A stretch of 64,000 nt of DNA, taken from the NCBI GenBank assembly GCA_047973385.1, contig JBKEBX010000021.1, forward strand, positions 3,158 through 67,157. The letters run 5' to 3'. Within the stretch, counting starts at the first letter, position 1. The number at the start of each line of letters is the position of its first letter. The notes under the pieces were generated by a model. The model saw only the letters and a list, made by a program, of their open reading frames with translations. It did no database searches and had not been told where the DNA came from. Below, piece by piece: positions 27,368 through 38,097 of this stretch. Source of the stretch: Lachnospirales bacterium (GTDB lineage Bacteria > Bacillota > Clostridia > Lachnospirales > CAMZNU01). The position numbers were made by a program, and so were the translations under genes.

Positions 27368-29458
27368 CTAGTTTTTGCTACGTCCTTCAGCAACCTTTTC
27401 TTGAATAGACTTAGGAACTGGCTCATAGTGGTCAACTTGCATAGCATATACACCACGACCTTGAGTGTTTGAACGTAAATCTGTTGCATAACCGAACATT
27501 TCAGCAAGAGGTACAAAACCATGAATGATTTGTGCTCCGTTACTTGCTTCCATACCTTCGATTCTACCACGACGTGAGTTAACGTCACCGATAACATCAC
27601 CCATGTATTCTTCTGGTACAGTTATATCAACTTTCATGATTGGTTCAAGTAAAGCTGGGTTAGATTTTCTCATGGCGTCTTTGAATCCCATAGAACCAGC
27701 GATTTTAAACGCCATTTCTGAAGAGTCAACATCATGATATGAACCATCATAAAGAACTGCCTTAAGACCAACAACAGGATAACCTGCAATAATTCCTGAT
27801 TGCATAGCTTCACGAATTCCGTTTTCAACAGCTGGGATATATTCACGAGGAATAGCACCACCAACAATTTGGTTTTCAAATACTAACTCATCTCCGGACT
27901 CACCTTCTGGTAAAGGCTCAAAACGAAGTTTACAGTGACCATATTGACCACGACCACCTGATTGTTTAGCATATTTTGAGTCAACATCTGCTTCTTGTGT
28001 AAACGCTTCACGATAGGCAACCTGTGGAGCACCAACATTAGATTCAACTTTAAACTCACGCTTTAAACGGTCAACAAGTACATCAAGGTGAAGCTCACCC
28101 ATACCTGCGATAATAGTTTGACCTGTTTCTTCATCAGTATATGTTTTAAAAGTTGGATCCTCATCAGCAAGTTTAGATAAACCAATACCCATTTTATCTC
28201 TATCACCCTTAGTTTTAGGCTCAATAGCAACCGAAATAACAGGCTCTGGGAAGTTCATAGACTCTAAAACGATATCATCGCCCTCAAGAACTAATGTATC
28301 ACCAGTAGTTGTATTTTTAAGACCTACGGCAGCAGCAATATCTCCTGCGTAAACTTTACTTATTTCTTCACGAGAGTTGGCATGCATTTGAAGAATACGT
28401 CCAATTCTCTCTTTTTTACCCTTCGTAGAGTTGTAAACATATGAACCTGACTCAAGTGTACCTGCGTATACTCTAAAGAATGCAAGTTTACCAACAAATG
28501 GGTCGTTCATGATTTTAAATGCAAGTGCTGAGAAAGGTTCATCATCTGAAGCTTTTCTTTCAATCTCTGCTTCAGTACCAATTTCAATACCTTTAATTGC
28601 AGGTATATCAGTTGGTGCTGGTAAATATTCGATTACAGCATCTAATAATTTTTGAACACCTTTATTTTTATATGCAGAACCACAAAGAACAGGAGTTAAT
28701 TCACAAGATATAGTACCTTTTCTTAAAACTTTTTTAAGTTCTTCTTCAGTGATTTCTTCACCATCAAAGTATTTAGCCATTAAGTCGTCATCTGCTTCAG
28801 CAATAGACTCAACCATAGCATCTCTCCACTCATTAGCTAACTCTTGCATATCTTCTGGAATTTCACGTTCTTCAATAACTTCACCTTTATCATCCATATA
28901 GAAAAATGCTTTCATTTTCATAAGGTCGATAATACCTATAAATGCATCTTCAGCACCGATTGGTAAAGTTACAGGTACAGCGTTTGCACCTAAACGATTT
29001 TTTATCATATCAACAACGTTGAAGAAATCTGCACCCATGATATCCATTTTGTTAACAAATGCCATACGAGGTACACCATAAGTATCAGCTTGTCTCCATA
29101 CAGTTTCAGATTGTGGCTCAACACCACCTTTAGCACAAAATACACCAACAGAACCATCAAGAACACGAAGTGAACGCTCAACTTCAACAGTGAAGTCAAC
29201 GTGACCTGGTGTATCAATAATGTTAATTCTATGCTCCAACCATTGAGTAGTTGTAGCAGCAGATGTGATTGTTATACCACGCTCTTGCTCTTGCTCCATC
29301 CAGTCCATAGTCGCTGTACCTTCATGAGTATCACCGATTTTATAGTTACGACCAGTGTAATAAAGGATACGTTCTGTCAATGTGGTTTTACCGGCATCAA
29401 TGTGTGCCATGATACCAATATTTCTAGTCATCTCTAAAGAATATTCTCTTTTAGACAT
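27368..29458 (-). CDS. fusA: Elongation factor G
   Basis: [35 protein letters not shown]. Confidence 0.99.
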   Translation of the reverse strand: MSKREYSLEMTRNIGIMAHIDAGKTTLTERILYYTGRNYKIGDTHEGTATMDWMEQEQERGITITSAATTTQWLEHRINIIDTPGHVDFTVEVERSLRVLDGSVGVFCAKGGVEPQSETVWRQADTYGVPRMAFVNKMDIMGADFFNVVDMIKNRLGANAVPVTLPIGAEDAFIGIIDLMKMKAFFYMDDKGEVIEEREIPEDMQELANEWRDAMVESIAEADDDLMAKYFDGEEITEEELKKVLRKGTISCELTPVLCGSAYKNKGVQKLLDAVIEYLPAPTDIPAIKGIEIGTEAEIERKASDDEPFSALAFKIMNDPFVGKLAFFRVYAGTLESGSYVYNSTKGKKERIGRILQMHANSREEISKVYAGDIAAAVGLKNTTTGDTLVLEGDDIVLESMNFPEPVISVAIEPKTKGDRDKMGIGLSKLADEDPTFKTYTDEETGQTIIAGMGELHLDVLVDRLKREFKVESNVGAPQVAYREAFTQEADVDSKYAKQSGGRGQYGHCKLRFEPLPEGESGDELVFENQIVGGAIPREYIPAVENGIREAMQSGIIAGYPVVGLKAVLYDGSYHDVDSSEMAFKIAGSMGFKDAMRKSNPALLEPIMKVDITVPEEYMGDVIGDVNSRRGRIEGMEASNGAQIIHGFVPLAEMFGYATDLRSNTQGRGVYAMQVDHYEPVPKSIQEKVAEGRSKN

Positions 29459-29515
29459 TGATTTTTCCTCCTAAATAATAACGAATAACAGTAAACCAAG
29501 TAGTAAAGCCAACGC

Positions 29516-30037
<522 letters not shown>

Positions 30038-30152
30038 TTATATCACATAAACTGTATTGTGCTGTACTACCCTTTTTTTATATCTTCATGGCAGATTAAA
30101 TTTTGGTATACAGACAATTTCTTAAGTAACAATTAATTTAAAGTAACTTTGA

Positions 30153-30572
30153 CTATTTGCTCTTCTTTGGACGCTTAGCACCGTACTTTGAACGTGCTTG
30201 CATTCTAGAGGCAACACCAGCAGTATCAAGTGTACCACGAACAATGTGATAACGAACCCCTGCTAAGTCTTTTACACGACCACCACGAAGTAAAACAACG
30301 CTATGCTCTTGTAGGTTATGACCTTCACCTGGGATATATCCTGTTACTTCTATACCATTTGAAAGACGAACTCTTGCAATTTTTCTAAGTGCTGAGTTTG
30401 GCTTACGTGGTGTAGTTGTTTTAACAGAAGTACACACACCTCTCTTTTGAGGGCTGCTTTGATTAATTTGCTTCTTTTTAAGGCTGTTGAAACCTTTTTG
30501 TAAAGCAGGCGCTGTTGACTTTTTCGTAACAGACTTACGGCCTTGCTTAACTAACTGATTGAATGTTGGCAT
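30153..30572 (-). CDS. rpsL: 30S ribosomal protein S12
   Basis: [43 protein letters not shown]. Confidence 0.99.
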   Translation of the reverse strand: MPTFNQLVKQGRKSVTKKSTAPALQKGFNSLKKKQINQSSPQKRGVCTSVKTTTPRKPNSALRKIARVRLSNGIEVTGYIPGEGHNLQEHSVVLLRGGRVKDLAGVRYHIVRGTLDTAGVASRMQARSKYGAKRPKKSK

Positions 30573-30648
30573 TCCTGCACCTCCTATTTAATCTACCTAA
30601 ATTTAAAATCTAGAGTTATCGTACCATGATTTACGATATACCATATTA

Positions 30649-30677
30649 ATTATATAGAAGAGTTACTATTTTGTCAA
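30649..30677 (-). promoter_or_regulatory. Sigma-A promoter of the str operon
   Basis: Perfect TTGACA-N17-TATAAT. Confidence 0.85.
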
Positions 30678-30817
30678 GTGTTTTTCTTCTCACACTGAAA
30701 AAACCTTTAGACTTTCCTCTATGAAACAACATAAAATAAGGCAAAAGCATATTCAAAGCTTTCACCTCATTTTATTTTTAAAACTATAATCAACTACTAA
30801 AATTAATATTCTTGTTA

Positions 30818-32791
30818 CTACGCTTTATCAAACTTTATAACAACCTTAAACATATCACCATCAACTATCACATTAAAAACACCTCCATTTAGGTTAGTAA
30901 ATGTTTTTGCAATCGAAAGTCCTAGTCCACTACCTTCTGTTGAGCGTGATACATCACCTCTTGTAAATCGTTCAACTATTTCTCCACTTGTAAACTTCAT
31001 CTCATAGTTTGCAATATTTTTCACTTCTATGGTAGCTATATTATTATCTTCTGCTGCAACTATATGAATTCTTGTTCCTTCTAGCGAGTACTTGAGAGCA
31101 TTTTCCACAACATTTTGTATGACTCTATATATTTTGTTACCATCTACATTAATGAACACATCTTCATCAATAGCTAAAACAAACTCCTTGCCTTTAGAGG
31201 CAACATCTAATTCGTCTATACTTTGTTCAATAAGTTTTTTTACATTTACTTTACTTAACTCAAGTTCCACGTTACCACTTGCAGATTTTGAAAGCATAAA
31301 TAAATCTTCAACCATTCCTTTCATTCTATTAGATTTATCCTTTAAAACCTCAATATATTCTTTTGATTCGTCATCAAAGTTTTCACTTTTCTTATCGAGT
31401 AAATCAACATAACCTATTATTGAGGTAAGTGGCGTTCTAAGGTCATGGGACACATTTGTTACAAGTTCAGTTTTTAAACTTTGTGCTTTTATTCCCTCAT
31501 TATATATTTTCGCATTATTCTGGCTTATTTCTTCAATTTTTTCATAGGACTTTATAAAAGGAAAATCCCAAAGCTTACGTTTGTACTCAAACAACTTATT
31601 GTTGCCAACTTTTTCTATGCAACCTACAAGTTTTAAGATAGCAATTGAAACCAAAAAAACTAAAATAGATGTAAACCCTATAACAAGTCCAGAAAGTTCA
31701 TCAAGTATGTTGTAATGCCATATACTGTATATAAACATAAGAATAGACAAAGCCAAGATAATTTTCATAGCTATATGTGATTTTATAGACAATAAATCAG
31801 TTAATTTATTGTAAATATATCGACAAACTATCACTATAAAGCATCTATCTAAAAATTCTCCTCTTTTAAGACTTCTTCCTATACTTGTTGCTGTGTAGGT
31901 AGCTACACTACAAAGTATTACTGCAACTATAACATATAAATAAGTATAATTTTTGTAATCGGTTGCGTTTGTTGGTATATACCTGTACTCTAAAGCCATG
32001 ACAACTAAAGCTGCGCCAAGTATAATTGCAGTCACCGTTAACAAAATTAAGATGTCGATGTGAATTCTATCTATGAATTTATAGCGTATCTTACCGTATT
32101 CATCTTCTACATTAGCCACAACTACAAAGTAAAACAAAATGATTAAACCTATCAAGAAACTTCCTACACTATTTACGGTTAAAGATCTAACGCTTTCTCT
32201 TGCTTCATCTTCATATTTTGCATAATCATTGTATATCTCGTTTTCTATCTTATCGTCAAGTTTTACAAAAATCCCCATGTCAAAATACTCAGCTTCATTA
32301 GGATCACTATTTCCAGCATTTACATATATCTCGTCATTGTTTGTATAACTATACGTCCTATATTTGTCATAAAAACTTATTGATTCACTCCAATAATTCC
32401 AATCTACATTCATTTCAGTTATACCATCTGTACCTATAACTTCATCTTTATTAGTATCTAATATTATATATCTTAAACCCTCATCAAGATAATAGTCCAT
32501 ATCAAGATTTAAAAGCTCGTGAACTGAATGTTCCCCTTTATCTTCTTTGATTTGAATATACTTATCCAATGTATTTATGTTTGTATATAAATAATCTCGC
32601 ATTTCAATTAAATCTTCTCCATAGGATAGCTCATTTTCTTCACAATAAGATTTAAAATTACTATTACCAACAAAAGAATACTCTATACCTACAAGATTTT
32701 CAATAAGAAAAGCTATGCAACCAACGAAAATTATAAACACAATGGTTTTCACAACCATATTATTACTAATATTTTTCAACTTTGTAACCAA
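30818..32791 (-). CDS. Membrane sensor histidine kinase (HisKA + HATPase)
   Basis: Multiple TM segments; H-box NVSHDLRTPLTSIIGY, N-box NVVENALKY, G-box GSGLGL. Confidence 0.93.
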   Translation of the reverse strand: MVTKLKNISNNMVVKTIVFIIFVGCIAFLIENLVGIEYSFVGNSNFKSYCEENELSYGEDLIEMRDYLYTNINTLDKYIQIKEDKGEHSVHELLNLDMDYYLDEGLRYIILDTNKDEVIGTDGITEMNVDWNYWSESISFYDKYRTYSYTNNDEIYVNAGNSDPNEAEYFDMGIFVKLDDKIENEIYNDYAKYEDEARESVRSLTVNSVGSFLIGLIILFYFVVVANVEDEYGKIRYKFIDRIHIDILILLTVTAIILGAALVVMALEYRYIPTNATDYKNYTYLYVIVAVILCSVATYTATSIGRSLKRGEFLDRCFIVIVCRYIYNKLTDLLSIKSHIAMKIILALSILMFIYSIWHYNILDELSGLVIGFTSILVFLVSIAILKLVGCIEKVGNNKLFEYKRKLWDFPFIKSYEKIEEISQNNAKIYNEGIKAQSLKTELVTNVSHDLRTPLTSIIGYVDLLDKKSENFDDESKEYIEVLKDKSNRMKGMVEDLFMLSKSASGNVELELSKVNVKKLIEQSIDELDVASKGKEFVLAIDEDVFINVDGNKIYRVIQNVVENALKYSLEGTRIHIVAAEDNNIATIEVKNIANYEMKFTSGEIVERFTRGDVSRSTEGSGLGLSIAKTFTNLNGGVFNVIVDGDMFKVVIKFDKA

Positions 32792-33470
32792 TACCCCACA
32801 CCACCTTTAAATATTTTGCATTTTTAGAATCAATTTCAATCTTTTTTCGTAAACGTCTTATATGAACCATAACAGTATTGTTAACATCATAGGCATCTTC
32901 ATTCCACACATTAGAATATATTTCTTCAACAGAAAAAACAACACCCAAGTTACTCATAAGCAATAGTAAAATACCATATTCCTTAGGCGTAAGACTTATG
33001 CTCTGTCCATCAACAATAGCCTCTTTACTTTTAGTATCTAAAATCAAGTTTCCTGTTTGATATAAATTTTCTGTATCTAAATCTTCACTATCTTTACTAC
33101 CTAAAAACATAAAACGTCTTATAGTTGCCTCGACCTTCGCCACAAGTATTTGTGGGCTATATGGCTTTGTTATGTAGTCATCTGCTCCAACTTTAAGCCC
33201 TAGTATTTTATCATAGTCTTCTGTTTTTGCAGATAAAATAATAACTGGTATATTGCAATTTACCCTTATTTTTTTTAGAGCTGACATTCCATCTAGTTTC
33301 GGCATCATCACATCAAGAATAATCAAATCTATATCATTATTTGTAGCAATCTCTATTGCCTCTATACCGTTATAAGCCTTTAAAGTAATATAATCATTTA
33401 GCTCTAAGAGTTTGCATATAGCGTTTACTATTTCCTTGTCATCATCTACAACCAATATTGTTGCTTTCAT
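32766..33470 (-). CDS. OmpR/PhoB-family response regulator
   Basis: ILVVDDD, LDVMMP, GADDYITKP, VMVHIRRLRKKIE, VWGIGY. ATG 33470 follows AGGAG. Confidence 0.95.
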   Translation of the reverse strand: MKATILVVDDDKEIVNAICKLLELNDYITLKAYNGIEAIEIATNNDIDLIILDVMMPKLDGMSALKKIRVNCNIPVIILSAKTEDYDKILGLKVGADDYITKPYSPQILVAKVEATIRRFMFLGSKDSEDLDTENLYQTGNLILDTKSKEAIVDGQSISLTPKEYGILLLLMSNLGVVFSVEEIYSNVWNEDAYDVNNTVMVHIRRLRKKIEIDSKNAKYLKVVWGIGYKVEKY

Positions 33471-33581
33471 ATAATCTCCTTTCCTTATATTCATATTATA
33501 CAAAATACTTTTTACTTTTTCGGTGATATAATTCTTACATTTTTCTTAAAATATTTTGGTGGATTTTTACTTTTGAAAAAC

Positions 33582-33606
33582 AAAAAAGACCTTTCGGTCT
33601 TTTTTT
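33582..33606 (-). terminator. Intrinsic terminator after yqeY
   Basis: AAAAAAGACC-TTTC-GGTCTTTTTT. Confidence 0.8.
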
Positions 33607-33609
33607 AAT

Positions 33610-34053
33610 TTAAGATAAAATTTCTTTTACTATTTGGTTAATCAGCTTTCCTTCAGTTTTACCTTTAAGTTTAGCTGACGCTTGTTGCATAACTTTACCC
33701 ATATCTTTCATGGAAGTAGCTCCAACTTCTTCTATTATAGAAGAAACTTCTGCTCTAACTTCTTCTTCAGACAATTGCTCAGGTAAGTATGTTCTTAAAA
33801 TTTCAATTTGACTATGAATCTCTTGGATTTTATCTTCACGACCGCTTTTCTCGTAATCTGGTAAAACATCAAGGCGTTTCTTAACCTCCTTACTGATAAC
33901 TGTAATTACACCGTCATCTTCAAGAGTAACTTTATCGTCTTTTTCGACTTGAAGAACACCTGCTCTTACTGCTTGGATTACGTCTTTTCTAATCGTATCT
34001 TTAGATTTCATAGCATCTTTTAAATCTGCAAAAAGTTGTTCTTTTAACGTCAT
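33610..34053 (-). CDS. yqeY: GatB/YqeY domain protein
   Basis: LKDAMKSKD, YLPEQLSEEE, DMGKVM; follows rpsU. Confidence 0.93.
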   Translation of the reverse strand: MTLKEQLFADLKDAMKSKDTIRKDVIQAVRAGVLQVEKDDKVTLEDDGVITVISKEVKKRLDVLPDYEKSGREDKIQEIHSQIEILRTYLPEQLSEEEVRAEVSSIIEEVGATSMKDMGKVMQQASAKLKGKTEGKLINQIVKEILS

Positions 34054-34155
34054 ATAAATTCAACCCAATCTATTATTTAGAAACGTTCTAAACCCACACT
34101 TGAAATAGTCAAAAAATCTATCTTTATACTATTTCAGCAGTTCAAAACGAAACAT

Positions 34156-34332
34156 TTAGTAAGACTTACGCTTTCTAGCAGCTTCAGACTTTTTCTTTCT
34201 TCTTACACTAGGCTTATCATAATGTTCTCTTTTACGAACTTCGCCCATGATACCAGCTTTTGCACAGCTTCTTTTAAAGCGTTTTAAAGCGTTATCTAAT
34301 GATTCATTTTCTTTAACTCTAACTTCAGACAT
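34156..34332 (-). CDS. rpsU: 30S ribosomal protein S21
   Basis: Manual translation [58 protein letters not shown] (58 aa). RBS GGAGG. Below the ORF-track cutoff. Confidence 0.97.
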   Translation of the reverse strand: MSEVRVKENESLDNALKRFKRSCAKAGIMGEVRKREHYDKPSVRRKKKSEAARKRKSY

Positions 34333-34400
34333 TTTTCCACCTCCTAAATTTTAAAGAAGTTTGTATTCTGCATTATCGCATATGCAATAACACTTTTCTT

Positions 34401-34429
34401 AGTATACACCTAAAAACAAATTTAGTCAA
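34401..34429 (-). promoter_or_regulatory. Sigma-A promoter of rpsU
   Basis: TTGACT-N17-TATACT. Confidence 0.7.
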
Positions 34430-34469
34430 GCTTTTTTCCATAGCTTTACTAAAAAATTAATATAATTTC

Positions 34470-37097
34470 TTATACATCAAACATCTCAAAAGCTTTCTTT
34501 ACAGCATCAGAAACTTTGGAAATATCTTTACCACTACCTTGTGCCATGTTAGGACGTCCTCCACCACGACCACCTAAAACAGAGGTAACTTCTTTAACTA
34601 TATCTCCAGCCTTTGCACCTTTTTTAATTCCACTTTCTGAAACCATAGATACAACAGCAATGTTGTCACCCTTTACACCAACTAAACAAATAGCTACTGT
34701 ATCAAGTTTTTCTTTCAACTTATCTCCAAGTGTTTTAAGTGTATTTGCATCAGCATCTTTAACCACAGTTGAAACAATCGTTAAACCATCTTTTTCTTTT
34801 GCATTACCTAAAATATCATCAATTAGACCATTTGCATTTTGACTTTGCATTTTTTCTATTTGACTTTTAAGACTCTTATTTTCTTCTAAAAGTTGATTCA
34901 CTTTAACTAGAAGATTTTCAGGATTTGCCTTTATAGTTGTTGCTATTTCCGTAAGTTTGTTATAGTTGTTTTCATAAAACTCACGAACTTTCAAGCCTGT
35001 TATAGCCTCTATACGTCTAACACCTGCCGAAATACCTGCTTCACTAACTATTTTGAATAATCCGATTTGTGATGTGTTACTTATATGAGTTCCTCCACAA
35101 AATTCAAGAGAAAAATCCTTTACATCAACAACACGAACTACATCTCCGTATTTTTCACCAAATAACGCAGTTGCACCCATATTACGAGCCTCATCAATTG
35201 GCACTTCTTGCATATTTACCTTTAAGCCCTGAGCTATTTTTTCATTTACAATGTTCTCCACTTGTTCAATTTCATCTTGGGACATTGCAGAAAAGTTTGT
35301 AAAGTCAAAACGTAGTCTATCTGACGATACATTACTACCAGCTTGCTCTACATGGTTACCTACAACTTGCTTTAAAGCACTTTGAAGTAAATGAGTAGCT
35401 GTATGGTTATTCGATGTACTTTGTCTATTTTCTTTATCTACTTCAAGAGAAACTACATCACCTTTAGAAATAGCACCATTTTGAATTTCTACAACATGGG
35501 CAAAAATATCACCTTGTACTTTTTTAACATCTATAACTTCGCCCGTAAACTTATCAGTATATACTTTACCACAATCTCCATGTTGTCCACCACTTTCAGC
35601 ATAGAAAGGAGTTTTATCAAATACAACAGTAACAACGCCCTCACTTGCACTTTGTATTTCCATATCTTCACCGAAAACAGCTAAAACTTTACTATCCTTT
35701 GATTTAAGTTCAGTATAACCAATAAAGTTAGTTTTCTCACAAGAAAATCCGTCAAACACACTACCACTTGTACCCATATATGTGTTTTCTTCTCTTGCAT
35801 TTCTAGCACGTTCACGTTGCGTATCAAGTTCTTCTTTAAACTTATCTTCATCAACAACAATATTTTTTTCTTCTAAAATTTCCTTTAAAAGTTCAAGAGG
35901 AAAACCATAAGTATCATAAAGTTTAAATGCTGATGTACCGTCAAAGACTTTCTTATTTTCTTTTTCAACATCTTCGATATACTCATCTAAAATATTTAAT
36001 CCTTTTTCAATTGTATCATTAAATCTTTTTTCTTCAACTTCTAAAACTTTTAAAACATACTCTTTTTTAGCTTCAAGTTCTGGATATGCACCTTTGAAAT
36101 CTTCTATAACAACAGGTGAAATTTTGTCAAGGAATAAATCATTAAACCCAAGCTTTCTAGAATGTAAAATCGCACGTCTAATTATTCTACGAAGTACATA
36201 GCCACGTCCTTCATTAGATGGTAACACGCCATCGGAAGTCATAAAAGTAGCTGAACGTATATGGTCAGTAATTATCCTTACAGATACATCTTTACTTTTA
36301 TCAGAGCCGTACTTATATCCTGTTACTTCACATACCTTATTTCTTATATTTACAAAAGTATCGATATCAAATATAGTTTCAACATTTTGCATAACAAGAG
36401 CAATACGCTCAAGTCCCATACCAGTATCTATATTTTTATTGGCAAGTGGTTCATATTCACCATCTTCAGTTTTGTTAAATTGTGTAAATACAAGGTTCCA
36501 TATTTCTAAAAATCTATCACACTCGCAACCAACGGCACAATCTGGCGAACCACATCCATGCTCTACACCTCTATCGTAATGGATTTCAGAACATGGCCCA
36601 CAAGGTCCAACGCCAATTTCCCAAAAGTTATCTTCTTTACCAAGTCTTGTTATTTTTTCCTTAGCAAGTCCAACTTCCTTATTCCAAATATCAAAAGCCT
36701 CATCATCATCTTGATAAACTGAAATAAACAATTTTTCTTCAGGAATACCTAAAACTTCTGTTACATACTCCCAGCCCCAAGCAATAGCCTCATGTTTGAA
36801 ATAATCACCAAAGGAAAAGTTACCAAGCATTTCAAAAAAAGTTGCGTGTCTTGACGTTTTTCCAACATTGTCAATATCACCTGTTCTTATACATTTTTGT
36901 GCTGACGCCACTCTTTTACTAGGTGGTGTTTGTGTTCCTGAAAAATAGCCTTTAAGTGGTGCCATACCTGCACTTATAAGCAATAGTGTTTTGTCATTTT
37001 CAGGTACAAGAGAAGCACTTTGTAACACATAATGCTCCTTACTCTTAAAAAATTCTAAATAGCTTTCACGCAATTCATTTAATCCCATATAATTCAT
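34470..37097 (-). CDS. alaS: Alanine-tRNA ligase
   Basis: HATFFEMLGNFSFGDYF, DTGMGLER, GRGYVLRR, HTATHLL, FCGGTH, GGRGGG. ATG 37097 is correctly spaced from GGAGG. Confidence 0.99.
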   Translation of the reverse strand: MNYMGLNELRESYLEFFKSKEHYVLQSASLVPENDKTLLLISAGMAPLKGYFSGTQTPPSKRVASAQKCIRTGDIDNVGKTSRHATFFEMLGNFSFGDYFKHEAIAWGWEYVTEVLGIPEEKLFISVYQDDDEAFDIWNKEVGLAKEKITRLGKEDNFWEIGVGPCGPCSEIHYDRGVEHGCGSPDCAVGCECDRFLEIWNLVFTQFNKTEDGEYEPLANKNIDTGMGLERIALVMQNVETIFDIDTFVNIRNKVCEVTGYKYGSDKSKDVSVRIITDHIRSATFMTSDGVLPSNEGRGYVLRRIIRRAILHSRKLGFNDLFLDKISPVVIEDFKGAYPELEAKKEYVLKVLEVEEKRFNDTIEKGLNILDEYIEDVEKENKKVFDGTSAFKLYDTYGFPLELLKEILEEKNIVVDEDKFKEELDTQRERARNAREENTYMGTSGSVFDGFSCEKTNFIGYTELKSKDSKVLAVFGEDMEIQSASEGVVTVVFDKTPFYAESGGQHGDCGKVYTDKFTGEVIDVKKVQGDIFAHVVEIQNGAISKGDVVSLEVDKENRQSTSNNHTATHLLQSALKQVVGNHVEQAGSNVSSDRLRFDFTNFSAMSQDEIEQVENIVNEKIAQGLKVNMQEVPIDEARNMGATALFGEKYGDVVRVVDVKDFSLEFCGGTHISNTSQIGLFKIVSEAGISAGVRRIEAITGLKVREFYENNYNKLTEIATTIKANPENLLVKVNQLLEENKSLKSQIEKMQSQNANGLIDDILGNAKEKDGLTIVSTVVKDADANTLKTLGDKLKEKLDTVAICLVGVKGDNIAVVSMVSESGIKKGAKAGDIVKEVTSVLGGRGGGRPNMAQGSGKDISKVSDAVKKAFEMFDV

Positions 37098-37129
37098 ATT
37101 CATTCCTCCATTTAAAAATCTGTTTACTT

Positions 37130-37345
37130 TCGCTGTTTTATAAAAAAACAAGCATAGCAAGGGGCGACTTATCGCGGTACCACCCTTGTTATGCTTGTTA
37201 AATGCACATCTCTAAGAACTTTGTAACGTAAGTTATACGCCTATTTTTCAATAGGGATTACCTTAAAGTAGCTTTCAACAAGAACAAATGAAAATTTTCA
37301 CCAAGCATTTTCTCTCTAAAATTTATTTCTCGTTTACTTATCTTT
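37130..37345 (-). promoter_or_regulatory. T-box riboswitch (Ala specifier)
   Basis: AAGGGTGGTACCGCG T-box (37173-37188); AG/GNUG stem I elements; specifier GCU at 37270-37272; terminator with U-run before alaS. Confidence 0.93.
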
Positions 37346-37377
37346 AAAATCATAATTTTTTATTAAAAACAAAACAA

Positions 37378-37704
37378 GAAGCACATCTATAAGCCGTGTC
37401 CTGTCGTGGGCTATCATCTGTCTGGGACAATAATCACCTATTGCCTCTAGCGGTATTTTCGTAAACTAAAGCGAGTAACTTATATAAGTTTACACCTTGC
37501 ATCGAATGGGGTTTACAGAGCCAAAGTTATTACTAACTAAGCTGGTGAGCTCTTACCTCACCTTTCCACCTTTTCCCTTACGGGTAGTCTATTTCTGTTG
37601 CACTATCCTTAGTGTCGCCACCACCAGTCGTTAACTGGCATTCTACTCTATGATGCACGGACTTTCCTCATTTGCAAAGCAAACGCGATAACCTAACATA
37701 CTTC
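37378..37704 (-). ncRNA. rnpB: RNase P RNA (type A)
   Basis: GAGGAAAGTCC, AGTGCAACAGAAA, GGTAAGAGCTCACC, GTAAACCCC, AGACAGATGA, CGGCTTATA; the ends pair as P1. Confidence 0.96.
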
Positions 37705-37706
37705 TT

Positions 37707-37807
37707 GATTATATGTTGTAACATAAGGTAATTTCCATCGGAAATTACAATAACTTTAATGTGTAGCCGTATTTATGTAGCTACGCATTTAGGTCATTAT
37801 AACATAA
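37707..37807. repeat. Modular repeat, locus 3 (1 full 53 bp repeat + 28 bp spacer + partial repeat)
   Basis: Repeat 37707-37759, spacer 37760-37787, partial repeat 37788-37807; same geometry as loci 1 and 2. Confidence 0.85.
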
Positions 37808-37824
37808 TTTTTAATATTATTCAA
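37796..37824 (-). promoter_or_regulatory. Sigma-A promoter, probably driving rnpB through the repeat unit
   Basis: TTGAAT-N17-TATAAT with TG extended -10. Confidence 0.55.
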
Positions 37825-38097
37825 CTATTTTATTTTTATCTTCATTGTAAAATGCAATTACGCCATGATTGGTGTCAAAAATCAAATTACCTCCCGTCAA
37901 GCTATGGACACAGTAAAACAAAATTTTCAAAAGTTGCCATGTAAAATTTATATAAAATATAGACAAATAAAGACATTTGTTGTATACTTATGACAGGTTT
38001 ATTTTTAGGTAATTTTATAGAATTTTAAAGTTAAAATCCATTTAAACAACTTATTATATACCAACCTTAGAAATTTAAAATAAAGAGATACGGAGGT

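Noticed and set aside
34102-34137. 9 bp inverted repeat between rpsU and yqeY
   Set aside because: AT-rich stem with a large loop and no U-tract; not distinguishable from background.
37098-37160. N-terminal extension of alaS
   Set aside because: It overlaps the T-box terminator; the SD-spaced start is 37097.
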